A stretch of 63,360 nucleotides of DNA, the filler included, from Choristocarpus tenellus KU-1152 (lineage: Eukaryota; Protista; Phaeophyceae), in NCBI GenBank assembly GCA_964200185.2. It is 10 parts of 10 records of this genome, joined end to end, with 100 filler letters (N's around TTAATTAATTAA, not from the genome) between each part and the next. Parts side by side here need not be neighbours in the genome. Positions count along the whole stretch, not along the records: positions 37,745 to 45,572 come from CAXNAD020005525.1; positions 45,673 to 49,555 come from CAXNAD020017387.1; positions 49,656 to 55,807 come from CAXNAD020008814.1; 7 more parts are not named here. One strand, given 5' to 3'. The stretch's first letter is position 1; each line of letters starts with the position of its first letter. Both the position numbers and the translations under genes were made by a program. Positions 38,114 to 51,124 of this stretch are shown piece after piece. The notes beneath the pieces were generated by a model, which saw only the letters and a program-made list of their open reading frames with translations, was not told the origin of the DNA and ran no database searches.

Positions 38114-38563
38114 ACAAAAAACATCTATTTACAGGATATTTTCCCCTGCATCCTCAGATTCCTAAAGGGAATCACCAGAATCTAGGCCATAAAAGCTTGG
38201 TATCAGGCACCATAGATATAGACCCCCTAATAACAAAATAGCCACAATTCACCTCTCTCTAGGTACTTGGATTCTTAGTGAATCAAAATGTGATCCGCCT
38301 TGTGAGTCGTGATGAGAACACATCCATACTTTGTACCCAACATGTGCCTATTGGAGAGAGTACTATCTTACTGGGACTATACTCTTTGCAAATGACCAGC
38401 AATTTCCATTAGGTCCTCAGTGCAACTTAACACTCCAGGTAATAATATGACCCCCCAATGAGATAAACGGGCCGTAGAAAATTGCTGCAGACATGCAACA
38501 TATCGCTTTCCTCGTCTAGGCTCAGGTGCATACTTGAGTATTTAACAAAAAAGGGCACTGTTA

Positions 38564-38660
38564 AAGTGAAAGTATCTTAGAGGGGGTACGAGATTTGCCC
38601 TGTTTGTCCATTTGGGGCTTGGCTTCCCATGTTTTTTTTAATGACATTTTCCTACTCCCA
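38564..38660 (-). mobile_element. MITE family A fragment
   Basis: One TIR plus ~75 bp of body. Confidence 0.75.
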
Positions 38661-39135
38661 CGGTCCCGAGACAGGCAAAGTGGTCAAATCCTGTCCTAGC
38701 CACCTTCTAGGAACTGAGTGTCACTTTATGTTAACTCTGATGGATGACAGAGTTTCAGATGTGACTAGAGGTTACAAGCATGGTGGATAGTGGTAACCTC
38801 CTTGATTGATACTTCGAAGTATATACTGTACTAGTTAGGTGCAGTTGGAATAAGCCCTCTCCCCAGGCAGAAATACTTTGGGACTTGAAAGCTATTGGCT
38901 GTGAGGAGTTGGTTTCGTGCCTCTTCAGCTCTTGCTGAGCATACTAGGAGGATAGGTGGATTTTTTAATATTGATCTGGCAGGTGTGCTGAGCACCTCAC
39001 AAATCAAGTGCGTCACACATCTAATCTTTCTCCATAATGATTAGAGTCAAAACGACCCTTTGTGGCTAGTTCCAGTAAGTGCACAAGATATCGTAGCACA
39101 GGTGACGGCTCTCTATTTCCTTCACACACCAAATT

Positions 39136-39410
39136 GAGTCAAAGCATTTTAGAGGGTAGGGTCGCGTCCGTTCGGAGTAATAACTTCAATATTGCGATTT
39201 TGATGGATTTTGACTATCGTGTTTGTTAGCAAGTGTCAATATCCTTGCTCCGGACACACCTTTCATAGTCCTGTACATTTTATCTACTCCGAAATACGAA
39301 ATGTTTACACAGAAAACCGAAAAAGGGCGTAAAGAAAAACTTGGGAGCCAAGCCCCGAACGGACAAACAACAGAGTAAATATTCTCCTACCCTCTTGAAT
39401 GCTTTGGGTC
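39136..39410 (+). mobile_element. MITE family A variant, full length
   Basis: GAGTCAAAGCATTTTAGAGGGTAG ... CTACCCTCTTGAATGCTTTGGGTC. Confidence 0.82.
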
Positions 39411-40221
39411 AAATATATTTCCATCATCAGCACTCCTTACAATAACTGACTACCCCAGCCCGGCACAGGTTAATGAAGGAGGCCCTCCTATTTGAAGGAT
39501 AGGCGACCTGTGAATCTAGATTAAAGCCGCTGATTCTTTTATTCGAAAGCCCCCCCGATGCATTTCAACTAAGTGAGTTGTAAGAGCATATTGGTGCAGG
39601 GTATCTATCTGTACACTATCGCCAGCTGCTTACGGATGTCTACCTAGTGTAAGGTGTCTGGATACCCCATTCCTTACCACCTAGGGAGCAAAAGACAAAT
39701 ATCTGACCCAATTAAAAAAAGACCTAAATGAAGAGTGTATACTATTAATGAGCTCAAATTTAACTCCCATTATTAGCACAACTCTGACGGGTCATTTCTT
39801 ATTTTGAAATGGGTCGATACTAATAGCCTATCCGCATGGCTAAACAGGGACCAACGAAGTTAGATCTAGAATGTACTTCGAGTTATAATTATATTACACA
39901 TGCACATACATGGCACCTTGTATTCAGTGGCAAAACATTCGAAATAGTCAATAATCTATCTCCTCCATTTTGTATGTGAAAAGATAGTATGTGCAGGCAA
40001 TATCCAACCAAGGTGGACATGTCAGCATCGTCTTGGACGTAGTATAATATAAGAAGACACTAGACAAGGGGATGAAAAAGTAAGGTGCGTCCAGGTGAAA
40101 GAAATTGTCCTTATATTTCATATGTTTGCTCGAATGTCATGAAAGTCGCTATTACATTGTTACATGGGCACAGAATGGACGCCAGACCCCCCTCTAAGAT
40201 ACTATGAGCCATATGCATTGC

Positions 40222-40288
40222 ATGTATGTATGTATGTATGTATGTATGTATGTATGTATGTATGTATGTATGTATGTATGTATGTATG
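40222..40288. repeat. (TATG)n microsatellite
   Basis: Perfect tetranucleotide run, next to a family A terminus ending at 40210. Confidence 0.95.
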
Positions 40289-42274
40289 TGCGCGGGAGAG
40301 AGAGATTGTCCTTGGTAGGGGGGAAGTTTCGTTGGCGATTTTTCTCCAAGGATGGTTACTGTGTATTGAACAAGCAAGCGTTTGAACAATTCTCTCCTTC
40401 CGCATGCTACCTACTCTGGAGCATGTTTGATGCAAATCAGACAATGGCAAACCAGTAAGACCAAGTCTACTCATCATCATGACAGGTAAATCTGGAGTCC
40501 ATTTTGCTTCCTCCACCATACCATCCTCCTACCAGTCAGTGCTCCAGCAACAATAAAAACGCATTGTCAAACATCACCAACAGAAGAAAGGCAAAACCGA
40601 GCAGGGGCACCCATATGGTTGTAGACAGAACTTTGAAAGAATTGATGCTCACAAAACGGAACGAGGTATGGCTACAAGTGTCCGGGTATTCCCCTAAGAT
40701 CCTGGCATGGCACATAGATTACAGGTAGTAAATGGGACATAGACCATTTAGTAGATGTCGGTCTATAACCTGCAGCAAATAATGGTTTAAAATGTAAAAT
40801 ATACTTCTTTGCTCAATGGCCGCGTGTGCCCTGAGCAGTAGGATGTGTTCTTATTTCCCAGGACGCTTTACATTGGTCCAAGTAGCTGTTGTGCCGAACC
40901 TGGACCGTGGACTGGCAGGTAGGAAATCTATAGAACAGGGCCATGTGTCTAGAGCTAACGCATTTTAACGGGTTGGTCTGTAGGTCAGCCGAGTAAACAA
41001 TTGTTGAACATGGATGGACCAGACCCTTTACCATATTTGACAGGACTGTGACGGTTCTCAAGTTAGATTTATATTCTAAATAATTGAGGTTTGTATATAC
41101 GATTTGACCACCTTGCATTGTTTGATCTATTTTTACCCCTACACAGTGCACCTCACTTTAATGTATTTTGTGCAAAATCGAAGCCCCCGAAACGAGGGTG
41201 TCACTACAGAAGAGTGGTTAACGAAGCGATTCACTACAATGGAGCAAAAAGGCCCTCTTATTGTAATGTACAAATGTACAAAAGGTAGTGTGTTTTGACC
41301 ATTTTTGGGGATCCTTGTGATGCAATTGTGTATGCCTCTGAGTTAGTAGCAAAACTCTTGGTCGGATTGGGACTGGTTGTTTCGCGTGATCATGCCCTAT
41401 GATTTTCCTCGTAGCACAGTGGTTTTTCTGGACAGTGATAAGTGCATTGATTTAGCGAGTATGAAATTTTATTTTTTAATGGAAAATTTGTTTTCAACGA
41501 TTCAACCTCCAATTGACAAACTCGACAAATGATATATTTTGTACTTATTATTAACATAATATCTGTCGCTATTGGACAACAAGTGGTGGGAAGCGCAAAG
41601 ACGAGATGGTAACGCTTCATTTCTGAGCAGTGCCAAGGTGAGTAGAGCACAAGGTTTGAGGTAGGAGGCGTAGCAAAGAACGAAGTATCAATTTTCTAGA
41701 GAATAATAATACCCACTGGCATTTTCAAGATGTGCTTTTCAGAGAAGGGACAAGATAAGGACTAAGACAAAAACTAGGAAATTGCGATATCTTTTGTGAA
41801 AATATTGTTTCCAACAAAAAAATTTGTTGGAAGCAAATACTTTCTTCTTAATCCATGTAACTATACAGTATACAATATTATTAACTACAAAAATATGTTC
41901 ACATCTCTTTCTCCCAGCCCAGCCTTACAAAGGTGGTCGACCAGGAGGCAGGGAAGAATCGTGAGACCATTCTTGTTGAGAGTCAAAGTGAACGAGAGGT
42001 ACTCAGAGTTGCATTTTAAGGATGCCACCAAATATATGGAAAGTTCAGCTCTTTTTACAAATAATGGTAAACTATGTAAACTATGTATACTATATTTCAT
42101 ATACATTAGATGTAGAACAGAAGATTTTGACTAACACTGACTCTATGTTTCACAATTTCAACCTAATATTGTTTGAGGTTGATTTAGGGAACAAAGCAGA
42201 ATCGAGTTGGACTGGACAAGGAGTTTCCTAACATCTTGTATCTATTCTGTTGTCTACTTGTGTATTAATACAGA

Positions 42275-44480
42275 ATGGAGCCCGATTTCCCCTTCCGCGA
42301 GGATCTTCTTGCAGGGAAAAAAGCGATTGTGACTGGTGGCAATGTTGGAATAGGCGCTAGTTGCGTTCAGTCCTTGGTGAGGGTGTGTACTTCGTCCTAT
42401 AATCCTTCAACACCTCTGGTTAGGATGTTCCTGAGAAGATTAGACGTGTAGACTGTCAGACAACCTAACACCCCCTGCTCTTAAAAAGTTGAATGATCAT
42501 GGTTGAACCTTGCAAGATTCTAAGCTTGAGTCATCAACTCCAAAGGTGAAGGCTGGAGCCAGTGTTGCTGTGATAGCAAGAAACCGGAAGAAGTTCGATG
42601 ACATGGTAAGAATGATGGGAGATGCCCTGGCAGCAAATACTTCATTTTTCGAAGCAGACCTGGTCAATGCTGACGAGGTCATCGCCTCATCAAAATCGGC
42701 GCTCCAGTGGGCTGGAGGTTGTGTGGATATCCTGGTGAACAATGGTGAAGAGCAGAACGAACGAGCAGAGAGGCTACCTTACCCGATCTTCTAAGGAGCC
42801 TTTCTCATTTCACCTAAAATACGATTTTCATGCTAGGTCTTATATTCAGACAATGCTTATGTATCTGAAATCAGTATGTACTGGGGAGCTGGACTCTTCC
42901 ACATTCCCCATGAAGACGTTCCTTGTCACTAGTGAGTGAACTGAATCCGCCTGCTTCTGTAATTTCTATTGTAATCCTGTCGTAAACGTATCCTCATATG
43001 ATCTGCAGCTGGCCAGGCACTCAATGCACCGCTGGATGAACTCTCCTTGGAGCAGTGGGACACTACCATGCAGGTCAGAGACTAAAGTTTCGGTCCTAAC
43101 CACATCCTGGAAGGGGGCGTTTATTAGCAATATTTCATTTCCAATAGTTCGGAAGCGAGGGGCGTAGCTGGAAGGGATCATGATGGCACTAAGTCCTCCT
43201 ACAGGGGAATAATACGATACGTGCCTGAGATTGGGTGCATGGCAAGCCGATTAGTTGCAATAGTAGACCATACACAGCAAAAGAGAAAACGCCTTCCTTA
43301 AAATGGGGCCCCAAATTCGCAAAGTAGATATTGATGCGTTGCACTGCTCCTAAATACGGAAATATGGGTGCTGACTGCTTATTACCAACATGATATGTAC
43401 AGGAAGTGATGTACCAGATTTGATATCTATACTGCATGATTGCAACCCTTGGCAGGTCAACGTCCGAGCTCCTTTTCTGATGGGCCAGGCTGTTGCAAAG
43501 GCGATGATAGCCCGAGGGAAAGGTGGCAAGATAATCAATATCAGCAGCATGGCTGGCAAACTGGGACTACCTGATCATGGAGCTTACTGTGCCAGCAAGT
43601 CTGCCTTAGATTCATTAACAAGGGCAAGTCATTAGGTTGTGTGCCAGGAGGGTACAACATCACATTCCTCCAGGAATGATGAAGGCCACGGTAATCCCTG
43701 CCACGGATTAACAGGTTGTGCAGGACCAATCAATCACCAGTACAATGCACTGCAATAGGAAGGGATTTTTAGTTACACTAGGATACATTGTGTTGATGTG
43801 ATGATTGCATCCTTTCATAACATTGTGGATTCCTGAACTGTAGTGTGTGTGCATGCTTTCTGTGCTGAATTCTCCAAAATGTAATGACCCATGCATGCCC
43901 CTCTCATCTTGTGTAGGTCATGTCAGTGGAGTGGAGTAAGCATGGCATACAGTGCAACTCAGTGGCACCCACAATAGTGATGACAGAAATGGGTACCATG
44001 GTGTGGAGGTGAGTTACATAATCTTATCAATTTGACACCATATTGGTGCAAGATAATGTGGATCAGCAGTGCATTTGAACAAATAATCTCTTTCCCGTTG
44101 TAGGGGTTGGGTGTTTGCTACCCTCACACTGACCACAGGCACTGTGTCATCCAAACAAGAGTAGGGATCAGTCCAACTAGGCAGATTTGCTCTAGGTTAG
44201 CACTTGTTCCCTCTTCAAGAATATGCCTGTTGGAATTTAGTAATGACAGGGCAGCCTGGCATCACTTACCCTCCCCTCTACTACTTTTTCGCCTCTGTGC
44301 CTTGCTCTGCTCAGTGACCCAGCAAAGGCAGGACCAATGCTGGCAAGGACACCACTTGGGCGTTTTGGAGACACACATGAGATTGCCCATTTTGTGATCT
44401 ACTTATGTACAAAGTCAGCAGATCTCATGTGTGGTCAGACAGTGCTGCTTGAGGGAGGCTTGTCTGTGGGCTGCACCTGA
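42275..44480 (+). CDS. Classical short-chain dehydrogenase/reductase, L-xylulose reductase (DCXR)-like (6 exons)
   Basis: Exons 42275-42376, 42546-42744, 43009-43073, 43456-43623, 43917-44008, 44315-44480. Motifs TGGNVGIG, LVNNAG, NISS, YCASK, and the DCXR-like NSVAPTIVMTEMG..VWSDPAKAGPMLARTPLGRF. Intron 4 has a GC donor. Confidence 0.92.
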
Positions 44481-45402
44481 CATGTGCCTGGCTGTGATGT
44501 ATGATCTTTTGAAATTTTCTTTGGAATGTCTTGGAGCTGGGACAAACCCTCTGCATGCCAATTCAAAGCAAGCACCAGCATTTGCTTCACCTGGCATATG
44601 GAAATATGTTCAACCTGTGGTGGTGGCAACGACAATGATGCTCTTTGCCTTAAGAAGTCTTCCCTATTGTGAGGAATGAGGAGGGAACTTTTCACATTAA
44701 CAAAGCCTTGAACATTGGTGTATCATTCTTGACTTGAAACCTGAAATTTGGACAAGAACAGTGCCAAAACAGGACCCTGCAGTACACCTTCAATCTAAAC
44801 ATTGCGCTGATTTGGTATGTCCTCATCACATACGCCAAATGCTCTTACCAAGTTACAAATGGAATTCAAATGAGGTAGGTGCTGTGCAGGGTCACTAGGA
44901 GAAAAACTGTGGTATTCGAGACTTGTCGAAGTTAGGTGTACCTGTCACTTTGCATTGAAGCAAAAAGGATGTGTCATTTCATTCAAACCAAACTGCACAC
45001 TAAAATGGATTAAACAATAAATTTACCCTCCTCACCATCAATAATGTAAGAAGAGAGTGAATGCCCACAACCATGGGTGCTGTTTGTGGTGGCAGCTCAT
45101 TGGCATACATGGCAATTGGTTTCATCTCAAGTGTTGGTGGCCTTTGTACACCATTGACCAACAGGGTCAGGAATCAAACACCAGGCACAGAAGAAGCAAC
45201 TGAATGAAACAGGAGGATGTTCAGTTTTAAAGTGTCAAAGGGATGAGAAAAGGGCATTGAGTCATCTTGTTCTTTCTTGGTCCTCCCACAATTTCTTGAC
45301 AAGCTCCCCAGAGTACTAGATAATGAGTGAAGTCTTGGTGTGGCTTGAGCACATTCAGCACAGCAAGTGGGCCTTGCCAATTGACCAGCTGTCAATACTT
45401 AA

Positions 45403-45572
45403 GGGTCAACGTATCTGGGGGGGGGCGTCAACGTCCGTTTTTCACCCTTTTTTCGATTTTCACTTTTTTGGGGTGATTTGGTCGCACGTGTCGGATTTGA
45501 AGTGTCAGGAAAAAAAAGTTTTTTTTGACCGAAATGGACGCCCCCTCCTAACACCCCCCCCCCCCCCCCCCC
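45403..45572. mobile_element. MITE family B (subfamily B2), truncated at contig end
   Basis: GGGTCAACGTATCTGGGG terminus; matches 21029-21232. Confidence 0.8.
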
Positions 45573-45949
45573 NNNNNNNNNNNNNNNNNNNNNNNNNNNN
45601 NNNNNNNNNNNNNNNNTTAATTAATTAANNNNNNNNNNNNNNNNNNNNNNNNNNNNNNNNNNNNNNNNNNNNTTCTTCTCAGTCAGTCAACCATCCATAA
45701 TGATGATGAAACACCGCCCAGAAAAAAACTACTTCGAAGTACTATTTTTTTCTACCACCTCCACCATCGACAGTCAAACAACACCACCGACCGCACTAAT
45801 TATTCAAGCAAGCAATCCAACGCAGGGCATACATGTGCACAACGATCAAACAAAATCATTGCCGCCCCCCACACACTGTCCTACTACCACCTTCGGGATG
45901 GATTCCCATTCAAAAAGGGGTCCTTAAAAAGTGCCGCAACATTTACAAA

Positions 45950-46340
45950 AAAAATATACGGACACTTTCCGCGCACCATTTTCGGTCAAACCCATCCTCC
46001 ATAGTATGCTCCATCCTCAATTTTGGTGATCGGCTGTTGTATCCCTAAGGAATATTTGGCTTGATTTGCAAGTTTGCACTCAGTAGTCTTGGTGACTTGG
46101 TGACCGATATTGTTAGCAATTTGGCACTGTTTGTCCCTATACTCGCCCTCGTTGTTACTAATGTGATGCGACCCTTCTCTACACTTCAAAAAGTGGGACT
46201 TTTTGGCAATCGTCTCGATGATTATCATAGGTATACAGTCTTTCTGTTTCTTATGTGGAATAGGACGACTGTCGAAGCCAGCATTTCGTGAAAAGATTTC
46301 TGGCGTCGGAGGGGTTGGAATCCTCGATTCACATGTCTGG
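45950..46340 (-). mobile_element. Ty3/gypsy integrase remnant
   Basis: Frameshifted motifs QPL/PTPE..F, MIIIETIAKKSHFLKC and AYY../DGLTE correspond to LQPLPIP, VVVDRFSKMAHFIPC and AYHPQTDGQTER. Confidence 0.55.
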
Positions 46341-46417
46341 TGGTTATGTCAAACATTACTCACCCACCGCACATTGCTGGTCCAACACTCAAAACTGCCA
46401 TTGTGAGGTTAAAAATG

Positions 46418-46490
46418 GACCCGAAGCGAGACTTGAACTCGCGACCTCCTCTACCCTAAAGAGGAATCATACCATCTAGACCACCCGGGC
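46418..46490 (-). tRNA. tRNA-Pro(AGG)
   Basis: GCCCGGGTGGTCTAGATGGTATGATT-CCTCT-TTAGGGT-AGAGG-AGGTC-GCGAG-TTCAAGT-CTCGC-TTCGGGTC folds into a cloverleaf, has A and B boxes, and is followed by a T5 Pol III terminator at 46411-46415. Confidence 0.9.
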
Positions 46491-47079
46491 TGGATAGTAA
46501 TATTCTCACTCCTTGGTATATATTACGTTTTACCCAAATAATTTGCTATAACCCCGCCCTAACCCTTCTTTAAATTACTTGCTCTTCAAACATAATCGTT
46601 CAAGCCAACCAATGCTCGAAGTTTCCATCATCATGCAAAAATGAGAGGTTGCACCCCTCTCCCTGTCGCTTGCACGCTACTGGTATCCATCGTAACAGTA
46701 TTGCCAAGGAGATCGTCTTCTCTGATTCCACCGGGCTCGGGTTCTTGTACCCATTCGTTGCGACTGCCTAGGTATTCCTCTCAGACTCATCTCTATTCTG
46801 GACGGTCGTCTCCTGTAAAGCACAAGGTGAACAGGGTAGTCATTCAACGTACAAAACTGATTTTCTGATATTTAGGTTGCGCGCACCTTTACCTTGAATG
46901 CAATAACTCTGTCGTTGACTATTTTCCCTCTTCCTTACCTTGCAAATAGAGAAGGCTCCCAGTCCTTGATCGCTAGATCCAAATATGCATCAAGGAGTCC
47001 AAATTCTCACGTTTCCCGCCTTCGACACCCTTGGCAATGTCTGCATTTCTTGTCAACCCCTGGCCCACAGACAAGCATG

Positions 47080-47640
47080 ACCTCTGCAGGAAAGACGCTC
47101 GCAATGGGTGAGGTTGTCAAGTTGATGCTGTCAAATGCTGAATACATTTTCGTTCTGCAAGTTCAGTTGTATCCTATATCCCTAGAAGTGTGGGGAGAGG
47201 GTTTGCAGTTTCGGTGGGAGACATGGTTTCATCATGGTGCATAGCGATGACTTAGTTGATGATATCTTAGACATCCTGTGGGGGCTACCTTCCAACGTTT
47301 CAAACATATATGGTGGTATGCCTGAGGTTCTCTCCCCTCTTGGTCAGGAGGGGGTAAAGATCCCGACATTGACATCGGGAGCACAACAAGGTGACGCCCT
47401 TGATTCTCTCCTGTTCTTCCTCGGTAACGTCGAGGTGTAATGTGGGAGGCCCAGTTTGCCTCCTTGTTGATCTCGATGACTGATGGTCTTTACCGAGGCA
47501 ACGTTGAGGTCGGCCAACGTGTCCATTGTCATATTGCATGTGGAAGACGCAATGGTGATGGGGTGGACCCCCAGTGGATAGCGTACCTGTGGTGATAGGT
47601 GGTCTAGGCCTCCACGTGTTTGGGGGGGTCTGCATACCCC
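47080..47640 (+). mobile_element. CRE-like non-LTR retrotransposon RT remnant
   Basis: LAMGEVVKLM, GAQQGDALDSLLFFLG (cf. GVQQGDPLGPLLFSL), DLDD and GLHVFG in order; stops and frameshifts. Confidence 0.65.
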
Positions 47641-48549
47641 GTCTCTAGCCCTCATCGACTCCATGTTGAGTAGAGTCTGTGCATTTTACACAACAGGCTG
47701 GTGAGCTAGACGGGGTCTGACAGGCTCCTGGGATTCTGCCTCACTGTAGACCACAATCATTTTGCCAGTCTAGAAGGTTAGTGTAAGAAAGTGAGATAGA
47801 GAGAATACCTCAAGGGGAACACAATCTGAGTGCACTTCTGCACACCTTTCCGAATGCACATTCTCCCAAAGATAGGCACAACAGTGGCTGTCCACACAGG
47901 TGGTAATGGGAGATCTTGGCAATCCCTACCATGTTGTTGCAACCCCCTTTTAACCCCATTTTATCCATCCACCCGATCAATGATACTCACCTCACCTTGT
48001 ATTTCCAGAGCCGTTTGTGTTGCGGCAATTCACTGACCCTGACTACACTGGAACCAAGGTTGAGTATGATCCGCAAGCTTTTGAAGATAAGGTGAGAGGG
48101 ATGGTGGATTGGGGGCTAGGCAGGGATAACCCTTGTGAATTGAGATTTTTATGCATATATTATATTTGGACTGGATCGCTGTGAAAAAGTCTATCCCATA
48201 TATCTCTGAATTGCTCTTTCTTTCCCCTCACTCCCCCCCCCCCCCCCCCACGTGCAACGCACACTTGCTTGCTGCCGTTACTTCTTGCTCATCGAATAGA
48301 TCAATGAGATATTTCAGTCGTCAGGAGGGACCTTGATTGATGGGTAGGTCGCTTAGGCTTTGATTATCTTGCCTCAGTGATACACACTATGTCACATGTG
48401 AACCTCTCATGGGATGAGCATAGGCAATTTATTTTTCGAGGTTGTTGGATAGTTCAGGGCCCAGACTTCGGTATCTGTGATTTGTTTTGATAACTGCTCA
48501 CCACACTGAACTTGCTCACTTTAGCAGCCTAGCGTTTTTCACGTGTTGA

Positions 48550-48586
48550 TAACCCTAACCCTAACCCTAACCCTGACCCTAACCCC
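48550..48586. repeat. Interstitial telomere-like (CCCTAA)n tract
   Basis: About six TAACCC units with one variant; shorter tracts at ~19016, ~19172, ~20560 and ~55297. Confidence 0.8.
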
Positions 48587-49314
48587 CGCAACCTGTGACT
48601 AAAACATTTTTTGCTCTCAATAAACACCTAGAACAAGTCTTCAATGTATTGTTACCCTGGAAGATTTGATCATATTTGATCTCTTACACCAGTTATACCT
48701 GACAATTTAGGGTTCATTTGCTCTGTTATGTCCGTTGTCGCGCACAAGGCTAGCACCTAACATTCTTTGCTACGGAGATAATCGGTGCCATTTGCTCGTT
48801 AGCGTCTTTTTTCCAAGGAGCGCTGATCTCAGTTTGCCCATTTGGAGTGTAACATCTTTGTCCAGAATAATCCCCACCACCATTCACTGAGATACTATTA
48901 TTTCACACATCAATTTGATTTACTCAAGCTATCGGTATGATCTTGTCAAGCGTAGGAAGCCATGGCGTAAGAAAGGTATCAGAAGAGAGAGGAAATAGTG
49001 AAAGAAGAAAATACATGCTTGCAATGGTTGCTTGCAATGTCTGTTATCCAGCAAACATTCTCTACCATTTGCTGTATGATGGCCGCTGTCCAGAACATTT
49101 CTTGTTGTAGCTTGCTACGCTGCTGAAGTTGTTATGTTGTCCTGGGTATGGGGTATCAAATTCTCTTTTGTGAAGGGTGCGTGTGCACTGCTACTACCTT
49201 TTACAGTATTGTATTCACATATTGATGTGTTTGTCTAACGACCTCTTGATATGATCCTGTTAATATGTCAAGAGTGCAGAGCAAAGGGTGACTTGAATCC
49301 CAACCCTTGTGATG

Positions 49315-49352
<38 letters not shown>

Positions 49353-51124
49353 ATCCTGTTGGCTTGAGTGAGTCATATCCAGTCGCTTGCCCTGTATTTC
49401 ACAGACATATTGCATGCTTAGGTATGCAATATGTTACTACTCTACAATATGTGATTGCACCTTGTGTGATGAAGCAATGCCATCGCGACTAGGTGCATGT
49501 TGTGATTTAATTTTTTTTATTACCTTTTCACAGCTACTACTGCTTGTGCTGTAACNNNNNNNNNNNNNNNNNNNNNNNNNNNNNNNNNNNNNNNNNNNNT
49601 TAATTAATTAANNNNNNNNNNNNNNNNNNNNNNNNNNNNNNNNNNNNNNNNNNNNGGGTGGTGCACTTGAAGATGCTTGAAGATGCTTGAAGATGGCCTT
49701 GAATCCATCTCTCGCTTTCTAGGGAGGCATACACCGATTTCTGGTTCCAGTAGGTGGATTCGCGAGCCAACCCCCTATTTTGTTCCAAGTGCTGTACTCG
49801 ATTTTCACACGATGTTGGTGCCATAGAAGAGTGGACCTTTTGCTGGTTGTTGTGTAAGTAGTGGAGCAGGAAAGCAAACTGCGTCCAAGTCTTGTTCAGT
49901 GTACAGGGAGGGGTGTGTGGGGGGGGGAGGGGGGGGGGGAGGGTTGGTATAATCTTACAAGCATTTACTTCTTTTTTGTGTAGTGTGTGTGAACTTTTGT
50001 GCATTTATTTTGTTCTTAATGGTTGCCCCGAGTCGCTCGTACTTGAAGGGACTTTGAGGTTGAATTTTGGTTGTGAGTTCATTAACAGAGATGGGAGGTT
50101 GGCTCTGATCCGTACAGGGCGGGAGAGATATACCTTGTTTTGTCTTTTTGGTTCAAGTTGGTGCACTCAGTCTGTTACGGGAAACTCATCGAGTGTGGAT
50201 CTCGGCGTCCCAGATCAGATGCTTCACCGGTTTCCAGGGTAAACTCTGCTCTCCTTTCATCCACGCCCTGCAAGTTTGGAGCAAATGTTTTGATGCGATT
50301 CTTGTGTCCAAACTCTGGTTTGTGATTTTGTGTGTGTGTGTGTGTGTGTGTGTGATTTCTCCACCTTGGCAGGCATTTGCCAGAGGAGTGAAAAGGCTGT
50401 GCCTGGCAAAATCCAATGCAATTTTTTTTTCATTTTTCTGTATGTGCTTTTTTAGTTTTGTGGTTTACCGTCACGGAGGCGTTTTTGAGTGGGTTTCCAG
50501 CGTGGTTTTCAGGCGTGATAAGTAAAGGAGTTTTGACCGGGGAAGTTGTGTTGGAGTGCATGCCGGGCAGTAGTCGAATGAGGTGCTTAGTGAAAGAAGT
50601 TTTTTTTAATCTTGTGTGTAAGGTGTGTAGTGGGATGTATGCAGGTGCTCACTATTGTAGGTTGAGCTGAGGAGCTTTGGGTAGGGATTCCTGGGAAAAA
50701 GCAGGACTCAGTGGAATAGAGATACATCAAGTCGTAGAGAAAGAGGGGGGGGGGAGGGGGGATTTTGACTTGCTTGTTTTTCACTTTTTATTTGAAAAAG
50801 AGTGTCATTAGTGGCAACTTGCTTTTGATATTTAACTGGTTGATCGACTGCAAGGTGTGATCAAAATGTGCATACAGTCCGCAGCTGTGGTTGGAGATGG
50901 GGTACTCCAATAATTTGTACATGCTGATGTAAACCAGAGGGTTCACTTTGATCTCAGTGACACCTTCCTGTCAGTTGGTTGGACTGTTGTGAATGGAGAG
51001 TAGTAAGAAGAGTGTGTAGTAAAAGGGGAGAAGGGCACTAGAATTTGTTCAGATTTTTATTTTGTTTCTTACATTGATAGTGTCAGTGGACAGATGTTTA
51101 CATGATGTTAAAGGAAAGTGATGG

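Noticed and set aside
40111-40519. HTYI/CMYV repeat ORFs
   Set aside because: Products of the (TATG)n microsatellite.
40400-41150. Possible LINE RT relic (GSGPSMFN on the minus strand)
   Set aside because: Single weak motif with no supporting neighbours.
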